Below are positions 9,908 through 19,800 of a stretch of 64,000 nt of DNA, in pieces; positions within the stretch are counted from its first letter, which is position 1; every line of letters begins with the position of its first letter. The notes under the pieces are model-generated. The model ran no database searches. It was not told the origin of the DNA and saw only the letters and a list, made by a program, of their open reading frames with translations. The stretch lies in the NCBI GenBank assembly GCA_041662205.1, contig JBAZSZ010000001.1:81973-145972 (forward strand). The letters run 5' to 3'. Both the position numbers and the translations under genes were made by a program. Source of the DNA: Minisyncoccota bacterium (GTDB taxonomy: Bacteria; Patescibacteriota; Minisyncoccia; Phycocordibacterales; UBA9973).

Positions 9908-9982
9908 GTGAGTGTAAGTTTACCTTACATTAATCGTAAACAACATAAGTGCCGCAAAAAAACACCGCAAGGTGTTTTTTTG
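9908..9982 (+). ncRNA. Candidate ~75-nt small RNA
   Basis: Lies between that promoter and terminator AAAACACC-GCAA-GGTGTTTT; internal hairpin TGTAAG/CTTACA; no ORF. Confidence 0.4.
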
Positions 9983-10145
9983 TTTTGATTGTTTTTTTTG
10001 TTGAGATTCGGCTACCACGTAGCCAGGTGATTTTCTAGCTACGCAAAGAAAATCCTTTCTCGTCTCCACGTGAAGCAAGCAGTTGCTTCACTTTGGGTCC
10101 ACGCAAGAAAAAAGCCGTCCAAAGGACGACTCATTTTTCTACGCG

Positions 10146-10218
10146 TGGACCCAAGGAGACTCGAACTCCTTACCTCCTCATTGCAAATGAGGCGCTCTAC
10201 CAGATGAGCTATGGGCCC
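10146..10218 (-). tRNA. tRNA-Ala(UGC)
   Basis: GGGCCCATAGCTCATCTGGTAGAGCG-CCTCA TT TGC AA TGAGG-...GTTCGAGTCTCCTTGGGTCCA; G3:U70 pair. Confidence 0.95.
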
Positions 10219-10362
10219 AATATTTATTGTTGAGCTATGGGTACTTACTCAATAAAACTATTCTATCTTATTTTACCAATAATGCAAATTTTATATTTGA
10301 AATAGTTGACGGTTTAGGAAGATGGTGTATGATTAGAGATTATATCTCAAATGTAATTATAT

Positions 10363-11037
10363 ATGAAGATTCTGATTGTTGAAGATGAAGAAAATATTGC
10401 TAAACTTTTAAAAAAGGGTCTCGAATCTGAGGGTTATGCTGTTGATTACTTGACGGATGGGGAGTCTGGGCAAAATCGTATTTTAATGCATCATCAAGAT
10501 TATGATTTAATAATTTTGGATTTGATGCTTCCTTTGAAATCTGGAAAGGAGATTTGCCACAGTATGAGAGAGATGGATATTTCTACTCCGGTTTTAGTGT
10601 TAACTGCGAAATGTGATTCAGTCAGCAAAGTATCTTTGCTCGATATCGGAGCCGATGACTATATGTCAAAACCGTTCGAACTTGCAGAATTATTTGCCAG
10701 AATCAGAGCTTTGACTCGACGACCCAAAGTTTCTCTGCCGGTAGAATTGAAAATAAGTGATCTGGTTTTATCTGCGAAAGATAAAAAGGTTTTTAGAAAC
10801 AAAAAAGATTTAAATCTTACTTTAAAAGAATTCAGACTCTTAGAATATTTTATGCGTCGTCCCAACCAAGTAGTAGAGAGAGTTGACTTGGTGGATAACC
10901 TTTGGGATTTTGATCAAGATTCATTTTCTAATACGGTGGATGTGTATATAAATCGCTTAAGGAATAAAGTAGATAAAGGCAGAAAAGAAAAAATGATTCA
11001 AACAATTCGCGGAGTAGGATACAAATTAAAAGTTTAA
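10363..11037 (+). CDS. OmpR/PhoB-family response regulator (CusR/CopR-like), no adjacent kinase
   Basis: ILIVEDE, LDLMLP, LTAK, GADDYMSKPF, winged helix VDVYINRLRNK, TIRGVGY. Confidence 0.92.
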   Translation: MKILIVEDEENIAKLLKKGLESEGYAVDYLTDGESGQNRILMHHQDYDLIILDLMLPLKSGKEICHSMREMDISTPVLVLTAKCDSVSKVSLLDIGADDYMSKPFELAELFARIRALTRRPKVSLPVELKISDLVLSAKDKKVFRNKKDLNLTLKEFRLLEYFMRRPNQVVERVDLVDNLWDFDQDSFSNTVDVYINRLRNKVDKGRKEKMIQTIRGVGYKLKV

Positions 11038-11289
11038 ATTTATTTTTACCACGAATCACTCTTTTAATAATAGAGAAATCTTCTTTTTTTTGATGTGGGG
11101 AACAGTTATATTTCCTTCATAAAATACAAGCTTTTTTTGGAAATTAATAAGATGTCCCTTAGGTTTTTGATGTCCTTTATGCTCTTTCTTTATGTCTTTA
11201 ATACTAAATTTAATTTTTCTTGTCAATATTTGCCTATTATTAAAAGTCGATTTTTTTATTAGTATTTATTATTAAATATATTTAAATAT

Positions 11290-14200
11290 ATGGAAACTAG
11301 TTATAGTTATTTAAAAAACTTAGGAAAAATTTTTATAATTCTATCTGTTCTCATTTTTCCACTCGAAAATATTAGTAGTGTAGAAGCGGCCATACTAACA
11401 CCGGATGCCAGCGTGGTAGATGGTGTGGAAAATAAAAATGTAACTTCTATTTTAGATAAGAGAAAAAATCGGGTGACGCAAGAACAAAGACAAGCGGCAG
11501 CCGATGCTCAAAATACAGGCGTAAGCATTTCCAGTTCTTCCAAGGTTCTTGGTGGAATCATAGCTCCGATGATGACTATAACCGCTCCGCTCGTAGCTGC
11601 GGTGACTGTACCAGCGCCAGGGGGAACCCCAAATTATTTTGGTCCGGAACCTAACTGGGCTTATACTCCGCTTTTAAGAAAATTCGTTGATACCCTCCCT
11701 GGTCTTGGTTCAGCTAATACAAATAATTTAGGACAATATATTCCAATTGCTGCTGCGGATACTGCTACATATCCAGGATCAGATTATTATGAAATAGGAT
11801 TAGTGCAATACACGGAAAAAATGCATTCAGATTTACCGGTGACAACTTTGCGAGGATATGTTCAGCTAGAGACATCTGTTAACGCTTCTGCCAGCAAACA
11901 TATCGCTTTGAAATATCCTAATGGTAATCCGATTTTAAATTCTAGCGGAGCTCAAGTTTTTGGTTTTGACAATCCTCATTATCTTGGGCCTACAATTGTA
12001 GCTCAAAAAGATAAACCTACGCGCATTAAATTTACAAATTTTCTTCCTACTGGGACAGGAGGCAATCTTTTTATACCAGTTGATACTTCGGTGATGGGAG
12101 CTGGCATGGGTCCTTTAGATATGCCAGGAATGCCAGGAATGAAAGAAGATTATACTCAAAATAGAGCAACTCTCCATCTTCATGGAGGAAATACTCCGTG
12201 GATTTCCGATGGTACTCCGCATCAATGGACTACTCCAGCCGGAGAAAACACCCAATATCCAGAGGGGGTGAGTGTGTCTAATGTGCCAGATATGCCAGAC
12301 CCAGGAGTAGGATCTCTAACATTTTTTTATAGCAATCAGCAAAGCGCGCGTTTGATGTTTTATCATGACCATGCGTTTGGTATCACTCGACTTAATGTTT
12401 ATGCTGGTGAAGCGGCTGGATATTTATTAACAGATGCTACGGAACAAAATTTAATTTCAACTGGAGTAATACCATCTGATCAAATTCCTCTAATTATTCA
12501 GGATAAAACTTTTGTTGATGCCACAACAATTAGAGCAACCGATCCAACATGGAACTGGGGTCCAACTCCAGGTACACCTCATTCTGGTGATCTTTGGATT
12601 CCACATGTTTATATGCCTAATCAGAATCCTAATAGTAATAACGGTGTAAATCCTTTTGGACGTTGGGATTATGGTCCTTGGTTCTGGCCTCCTTGGCCGG
12701 CTGTGAATGCTCCAATTACGAAAGCAGATGGAACAGAAGTTCCCAATGTCCCAGATGTTTCGATGGGTATGGAAGCATTCAATGACACTCCACTTGTAAA
12801 TGGGACGGCTTATCCAAGTTTAACACTTCAACCGAAAGCTTATAGATTCCGTATTTTAAATGCTGCTAATGACAGATTTTGGAATTTACAACTCATTCAA
12901 GCAGACCCAACTGTTATTTCTTCAGATGGTCGCGCTAATACTGATGTAAAAGTGGTGCCATTTACGACCAGTACGACTTGGCCAGCTGGATATCCGACAC
13001 CAGATACTAGAGATGGGGGAGTGCCTGATCCGACGACTAGGGGTCCGGTCATGACTCAGATCGGTACAGAAGGCGGATTTCTACCAGCTCCTGTGACTCA
13101 CAATAATATTCCTATTGGATTTGATATGGATGGGAAAAGTATTACAGTGGGTAATGTCAAAGAACATAATTTACTATTAGGCCCAGCCGAAAGAGCAGAT
13201 GTCATAGTTGATTTTTCTGCTTACGCTGGAAAAACTTTGATTCTTTATAATGACGCTCCGGCTGCTTTTCCTGCTAGTGACCCGCGATTGGATTATTATA
13301 CTGGTAATCCTGATATGACAACCACTGGTGGAACGACTTCTACTTTGGCTGGTTTTGGACCAAATACTAGGACTATCATGCAAATCAAAATAGCTGCAGG
13401 TACTCCCATTCCTTTTAATCTAACTCCTTTAAATACCGCTTTACCAGCAGCATTCGCATCATCACAAGATCAAATCATAGTACCTCAGGAAGGATATAAT
13501 GCTGTATATAACGGAAATTTCCCAAATAATAGGAATGCTTATGCTAGAATTCAAGACACTTCATTAACTTTCACTCCGCTTGGCGGAACAACACCAGTAA
13601 CAATTCCTTTTGCGCCTAAAGCTATCGCTGAAGAATTCGAAAGTGTCTATGGGCGTATGAGCGGATTCCTAGGGCTCGAACTTCCATTTACTAATGGTGG
13701 AAATCAGACAACAATTTTTTACGATTATCAAGATCCGACTTCTGAAATTATAAATGATACTAATAATATATCAACGGCACAAATAGGAACACTTGGCGAT
13801 GGTACCCAGATATGGAAAATAACACATAACGGAGTAGATACTCATCCTATACATTTCCACTTATTTAATGTCCAGCTCGTAAATCGGGTGGATTGGGCTG
13901 GTGTAGTAAAACCACCAGAACCTAATGAGCTCGGCTGGAAAGAAACAGTGCGGATGAATCCCCTTGAAGACGCCATAGTTGCTCTAAGACCGGTTTCACC
14001 AAAACAACCTTTTGGAATACCAGAAAGTGTAAGACCGCTTGATCCAACAATGCCACTTGGAACAACTGCTCAGTTTAAAGGAGTAGACGCAAACGGCAAT
14101 CCGATAACAGTTACAAATGAGCTAGCGAACTTTGGGTGGGAATATGTTTGGCACTGCCATATTTTGAGCCATGAAGAAATGGATATGATGCGTCCGATTA

Positions 14201-14685
14201 AATTTAACGTTGCAAGTACGCTTCCAATTACACCTGGTTTAAATGCTACTAAAGTAGGAAATCAAGTAAATCTAACATGGACAGATGGAACTCCTGTAAG
14301 TAATCCAACTACCCTCGGTAATCCTGCTAATGAAGTTGGTTTTCGTGTTGAGAGAGCTATTGTGACTGGTGGTAACCCTGGCATATACACAGAGATCGGA
14401 AAAGGTATCGCCAATTCTACAACTTTTACAGACACTGCTATAGCATCTAGTACAACTTATAGCTATCGAGTGGTTGCATTCAATGCAGCAGGAGATGCAT
14501 CTTCAGCACCAAGAACAGTATCTATAACCGGCACAGTTTGCCAAACTGGAGCCGATACTAGTGGAAACGGAATTATCACCATAGCAGAATTACTAGCCTA
14601 CATAAGTAGGTGGAAAGCAGGAAATGTCACAATGCAACTTCTTATGCAAGCAATCAGTTTTTGGAAAATAGGAACAGGTTGTTAA
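11290..14685 (+). CDS. Large secreted multicopper oxidase with FN3 domain and C-terminal dockerin-like tail
   Basis: All four copper motifs: HLHGG, FYHDH, HPIHFH, WHCHILSHEEMDMM. N-terminal signal; FN3 (LTWTD...YSYRVVAFN); 48-aa Cys-bounded EF-hand tail. Confidence 0.9.
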   Translation: METSYSYLKNLGKIFIILSVLIFPLENISSVEAAILTPDASVVDGVENKNVTSILDKRKNRVTQEQRQAAADAQNTGVSISSSSKVLGGIIAPMMTITAPLVAAVTVPAPGGTPNYFGPEPNWAYTPLLRKFVDTLPGLGSANTNNLGQYIPIAAADTATYPGSDYYEIGLVQYTEKMHSDLPVTTLRGYVQLETSVNASASKHIALKYPNGNPILNSSGAQVFGFDNPHYLGPTIVAQKDKPTRIKFTNFLPTGTGGNLFIPVDTSVMGAGMGPLDMPGMPGMKEDYTQNRATLHLHGGNTPWISDGTPHQWTTPAGENTQYPEGVSVSNVPDMPDPGVGSLTFFYSNQQSARLMFYHDHAFGITRLNVYAGEAAGYLLTDATEQNLISTGVIPSDQIPLIIQDKTFVDATTIRATDPTWNWGPTPGTPHSGDLWIPHVYMPNQNPNSNNGVNPFGRWDYGPWFWPPWPAVNAPITKADGTEVPNVPDVSMGMEAFNDTPLVNGTAYPSLTLQPKAYRFRILNAANDRFWNLQLIQADPTVISSDGRANTDVKVVPFTTSTTWPAGYPTPDTRDGGVPDPTTRGPVMTQIGTEGGFLPAPVTHNNIPIGFDMDGKSITVGNVKEHNLLLGPAERADVIVDFSAYAGKTLILYNDAPAAFPASDPRLDYYTGNPDMTTTGGTTSTLAGFGPNTRTIMQIKIAAGTPIPFNLTPLNTALPAAFASSQDQIIVPQEGYNAVYNGNFPNNRNAYARIQDTSLTFTPLGGTTPVTIPFAPKAIAEEFESVYGRMSGFLGLELPFTNGGNQTTIFYDYQDPTSEIINDTNNISTAQIGTLGDGTQIWKITHNGVDTHPIHFHLFNVQLVNRVDWAGVVKPPEPNELGWKETVRMNPLEDAIVALRPVSPKQPFGIPESVRPLDPTMPLGTTAQFKGVDANGNPITVTNELANFGWEYVWHCHILSHEEMDMMRPIKFNVASTLPITPGLNATKVGNQVNLTWTDGTPVSNPTTLGNPANEVGFRVERAIVTGGNPGIYTEIGKGIANSTTFTDTAIASSTTYSYRVVAFNAAGDASSAPRTVSITGTVCQTGADTSGNGIITIAELLAYISRWKAGNVTMQLLMQAISFWKIGTGC

Positions 14686-14849
14686 AAAAATTAAAAAGCA
14701 GGCCTTACTTCATTTGTTTAGTTTTTAATAATAAATTTAACTTTAACTTTTAACATGTAAGTATAATTTTATTATAAGGATTTGAGTGAAGCGAAGGGTC
14801 GAATAGTTAGTCGAATATAAAAATATTATAAAAATAAAGAATAAAAATT

Positions 14850-16829
14850 ATGAATAAAAAAAGTATTAAAGCGTTATATGTGTTGTTGTTTGCAAAAATG
14901 AATAGAAAAGTTAAATATAAATTTAGCGCGTCTCTGTTGACAGGTGTTTTTATGTTTACTTTAGTATTTAGCGCTGGAGTGGCACAAGCTGCGTTGCAAG
15001 CTGTCGGGCCAATAGGAGATCCTGTAAATAATGGATATCCTACATATTTCCAAGATCAAACAGGATTAGCTTTGGAATTATGTCTGGTACAAAATTTACC
15101 AACCGACCTATTCCAACCATGTCTCTTGACTGCGGAATTTGATCCAGACCCATTAATAACACCTGGCATTCCAGCAATTCCAATTGGAACAGTTCTTAGC
15201 GGGGATTTTCCAGATGAATCATTTTACTTTGCCGCTAGCGCAGACTTAAGTCCTGACAATGTTAGACTTCCTGGAAGAAATCAGGATATCAAAATTTTGT
15301 GGGGGGCTGCTTTAGAGCAAGCCTTTTTGGCCGGAATAACTCCTGGAGCACAAAGCATGTTTTTAAGAACTCAAGTTGATATAGCTGGTTTAATCCCCGG
15401 AGAAACTTATACTGTCAATACTCCTTACGGACCGATTAGTGTGGTTGCTGATGATATCGGTGGAGGGAGAACAAGATTTGAGGACATAGTAGTCTGCAAC
15501 GTTGGAACTCTATGTAATTTTTCATTAATCTTACCGGGGACTCAAACAAATATGGGGCCATTTCTAAAATGGGATCCTGCGGTTTTACCTCTTGCCCCAG
15601 CTGGATTTATCGGTGATCCTAATGTAACACACACAATTATCGGTGGACCAATTAGGAATAATATTTCTGTTACAGGAACAAGTGTTGGGGGAGTCGGCAT
15701 AGATGAAATGTCCACTGATCAATTTTCAATTTCTGGGAAAATAGCAATCATTGACACTGTCGCACCAGTAATTGTTTCAACTACTCCTGCCTCTGTACCA
15801 GTAAATTCTTCTAATGTTGTTTTAAGCGCAAACATTACTGACGACTTAGGAGTGACTGGAGTTACAGCTGATTTAGGAGCATTAAGCAACACTTTTTCTG
15901 CTACTCTTAATAATACACAGGAAGTTCCTGCAACCGTAAGTACTGCAACAGGAACTGGAGCATTTACTATTGATGCAAATGCAAATACATTAACTTATAA
16001 TATTAGTGCTTCAGGTTTGCAAGGTGGAGCAATCACCGGAATGCATATTCACGGATCTGCTGTTCCTCCAGATGGAGCTATAGGTCAAAATTCAGCAATT
16101 GCTTTTAGCTTAGGTACGACTCTTCCGGCAAGTGGAACCTGGAATTATCCTGAAGCAATGGAACCAGAAATTTTAGCAGGAAGGACTTATGTAAATATTC
16201 ACACAACTTTATTTCCTAACGGTGAAATTCGCGGACAAATAATTCCTACCCCAAACACAGTAACTATGATCAGGAATGCCGGTACAGCAACAGACGGCAC
16301 ATGGGCACTTATTCTACCAAATTTGAATAGAGCAGGATTATTTAATATTCCTATTACAGCTACCGATGGAAGCAATCCTGTAACAACTAATCATTCTCTC
16401 GCTGTCACTGTTTTATCTGGAGTGAATGTCACTCCACCAACTGCTTCAATAAATACAGGATTAACTCAACAACTCTCAGCATCAGCTCTCGATCAATTTA
16501 ATAATCCACTAACTACCCAACCAACTTTTACTTGGTCTTCTAGTAATAACAATATTGCAACAGTTAATAGTTCAGGCCTAGTTACTGCAGTCGCTCTCGG
16601 TACTGCCACGATTACAGCCACAACTGATGGATTAATAAATGTTGCAGGTACTTCGGCAATCACAGTGACGGCAGCTTCAGTTTGCCAGACAGCAGCTGAT
16701 ATAGATGGTAGCGGAACTATAAGCTTTGCGGAAGTTCTAAGCTATATTACAAGCTGGAAAGCCGGCAACGTAGTTTTTTCAACTTTATTACAAGCAATAG
16801 GTTTTTGGAAAGCTGCAGTAGGTTGTTAA
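14850..16829 (+). CDS. Secreted protein: unknown N-domain, CHRD domain, Big_2 domain, dockerin-like tail
   Basis: Signal (..VAQA); CHRD FSATL...EVP...HIHG...YVNIHT..FPNGEIRGQ; Big_2 TWSSSN..IATV; tail homologous to the oxidase tail. Confidence 0.82.
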   Translation: MNKKSIKALYVLLFAKMNRKVKYKFSASLLTGVFMFTLVFSAGVAQAALQAVGPIGDPVNNGYPTYFQDQTGLALELCLVQNLPTDLFQPCLLTAEFDPDPLITPGIPAIPIGTVLSGDFPDESFYFAASADLSPDNVRLPGRNQDIKILWGAALEQAFLAGITPGAQSMFLRTQVDIAGLIPGETYTVNTPYGPISVVADDIGGGRTRFEDIVVCNVGTLCNFSLILPGTQTNMGPFLKWDPAVLPLAPAGFIGDPNVTHTIIGGPIRNNISVTGTSVGGVGIDEMSTDQFSISGKIAIIDTVAPVIVSTTPASVPVNSSNVVLSANITDDLGVTGVTADLGALSNTFSATLNNTQEVPATVSTATGTGAFTIDANANTLTYNISASGLQGGAITGMHIHGSAVPPDGAIGQNSAIAFSLGTTLPASGTWNYPEAMEPEILAGRTYVNIHTTLFPNGEIRGQIIPTPNTVTMIRNAGTATDGTWALILPNLNRAGLFNIPITATDGSNPVTTNHSLAVTVLSGVNVTPPTASINTGLTQQLSASALDQFNNPLTTQPTFTWSSSNNNIATVNSSGLVTAVALGTATITATTDGLINVAGTSAITVTAASVCQTAADIDGSGTISFAEVLSYITSWKAGNVVFSTLLQAIGFWKAAVGC

Positions 16830-16875
16830 AAGTGTCGAAAAATTATTAGAATTACAAATTTTAAAATAAAAAATT

Positions 16876-19800
16876 ATGAAATACTTTAAATCAATAATCA
16901 AAGCGGGAATGTTCATAGCTGTGCTGACATTCTTTGTGGGAATAGGTGCTCAAGCAGCTTCTGCCGCCACCGTCACACGTAGCTTCTCCACTCTCACGCC
17001 AGCAGCAGGAACATCTTTAACAGTTTCTCTGGCTGTAGCAATGAATCCTGCAGACATTCTAACATTGATTGAAGAAACAGCTCCTGTGGGCTGGGTCATC
17101 ACAAATCCTGGAACAGGAACAGTAGGAGCAGACGGTATTTTGAGACTGAATGTAGCTGCAACCGGAACAGAGCAATATACAATCTCTGTACCAGCTTCAG
17201 CATCAGGAATAAATAATTTCTCAGGAGTATTTGCCACATTAGCAAACCCAGTATCCTCTCCAATAACAGGAAGCACATCGGTAACGGTAGCACCTGCTCC
17301 GGTAGTTGACATAACTCCACCTACAATCAACTTACTCGGAACTTCTCCAATAGATGTAACCCAAAACACAACCTACACTGATGCAGGAGCTACTGCTTCA
17401 GATAATGTTGACGGAAACATCACAGCCAACATTACAACAGTAAACCCTGTAAATACTGCAATTTTAGGAACATACACAGTCACTTACAATGTATCTGACG
17501 CAGCTGGAAATCCTGCAACTCAAGTAACAAGAACAGTTAATGTAGTAGCAGTAGTTGTTCCACCAGTAACCGCCACCGTCACACGTAGCTTCTCCACTCT
17601 CACGCCAGCAGCAGGAACATCTTTAACAGTTTCTCTGGCTGTAGCAATGAATCCTGCAGACATTCTAACATTGATTGAAGAAACAGCTCCTGTGGGCTGG
17701 GTCATCACAAATCCTGGAACAGGAACAGTAGGAGCAGACGGTATTTTGAGACTGAATGTAGCTGCAACCGGAACAGAGCAATATACAATCTCTGTACCAG
17801 CTTCAGCATCAGGAATAAATAATTTCTCAGGAGTATTTGCCACATTAGCAAACCCAGTATCCTCTCCAATAACAGGAAGCACATCGGTAACGGTAGCACC
17901 TGCTCCGGTAGTTCCAGTCCTCACCACCATCAACGTTACTTCCGTCACCCCATCCGTAGTAGTAGGCAATACTCAACAAATGACAGCAACTACTTTAGAT
18001 CAAAACGGAGCACCGATTGCAGCAACTGTAACTTGGTCTAGTTCAAATACAGCAGTTGGCACTATTGATGTTACTACCGGAATGTTTACCGCGGTTTCTG
18101 CTGGAACTACAACTGTAATGGCAATGAACGGAGCAGTTATGGGAACAACTTTGGTAACAGTAACCGCAACACCTGTAACGTTTACAATAAATGTAACTTC
18201 CGGAGCAAATGGTACCATTACACCAACAGGTACAGCAGGAGTAGTTACTTTAAATTCTGGAGCGAACCAAACATTTACCATCACACCAAATGCAGGATTT
18301 AATATTCAGGATGTTTTAGTTGATGGATCTTCAGTTGGAGCTGTTGCTACTTTCACATTTACAAACGTAACAGCTAACCATACTATTTCAGCTAGTTTCG
18401 CATCAATTCCGGTAGGTTCATTCACGATAACTTCTTCTGCAGGAATAAATGGTAACATAGCTCCTCTTGGCGCCCTAAGTTTTGCCGGAGGCACCAATGC
18501 AACATACACAATTTCTCCAAGTGCAGGTTTTCAAGTATTAGATGTTTTAGTTGATGGATTTTCAGTTGGAGCCGTCACTACTTTCACCTTCACAAATATC
18601 ACTGCTAACCATACAATCGCTGCCAGCTTTATTGCAACTCCAGTCCTCACAACTATCACCGTTACACCATCAGCACCATCAATACAGGCTGGAACTACCC
18701 AACAATTTACCGCAGTTGCTAAGGATCAAAATGGAATTGCCTTAGTCACTCAACCGGTTTTCACATGGACATCAGGAAATAATATAGTTACCACCATAGA
18801 TGCATCAGGCCTTGCTCAGGGCATCGTCGCAGGTGGACCAGTTCTCATTACTGCTACCTCTGGAGCAGTTTCTGGTACAGCTACCTTAACAGTTACAGCA
18901 GTTCCAGTTTTGACTTCGGTCACAGTAGCTCCACCTACACCATCAATTATAGTTGGAGCAACTCAGCAACTAACAGCAAATCCTTTAGATCAAAATGGAA
19001 TTGCCTTTAACGGTGCTGCAATAGCCTGGTCTTCAAGTGATTCTACAATTGCCACAGTTGATAATAACGGCTTAGTAACAGGTGTCGCAGTTGGAACAAC
19101 AACAATCACAGCAACAGCGACTTCAGGAGCTATTACTGTAACAGGAACCGCGACAATCACAATAACCGCTAATCCAGTAACTCCTGTCCTCACTACCATC
19201 AACGTTACTCCCGTCACCCCATCCGTAGTAGTAGGAAATACTCAACAAATGACAGCAACTACTTTAGATCAAAACGGAGCACCGATTGCAGCAACTGTAA
19301 CTTGGTCTAGTTCAAATACAGCAGTTGGCACTATTGATGTTACTACCGGAATGTTTACCGCGGTCGCAGTAGGCACTACCACAATTACTGCTACGAGTGG
19401 CGCGGTGACAGGAACAACTTTAGTAACAGTAACTCCTGCTCCTGTCCTCACTACCATCAACGTTACTCCCGTCACCCCATCCGTAGTAGTAGGCAATACT
19501 CAACAAATGACAGCAACTACTTTAGATCAAAACGGAGCACCGATTGCAGCAACTGTAACTTGGTCTAGTTCAAATACAGCAGTTGGCACTATTGATGTTA
19601 CTACCGGAATGTTTACCGCGGTCGCAGTAGGCACTACCACAATTACTGCTACGAGTGGCGCGGTGACAGGAACAACTTTGGTGACGGTGACAGCGGTGCC
19701 TCAATCTAGTGGAGGTGGTGGTAGTTTTATAAGACCCATTATTGTTGGTCAAGTATTAGGTGCTTTCACGGGACCAATTGCAGGATGTGGCAATAGAACA

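Noticed and set aside
11151-11200. ATGTC(C/T)(C/T)TT direct repeats upstream of the oxidase as response-regulator boxes
   Set aside because: Spacing is irregular (18 and 22 nt) in low-complexity sequence; too weak to call.
16950-19752. Several minus-strand ORFs, some duplicated
   Set aside because: Shadow frames of the Thr/Val/Ala-rich scaffold gene; the duplication mirrors its DNA repeats.
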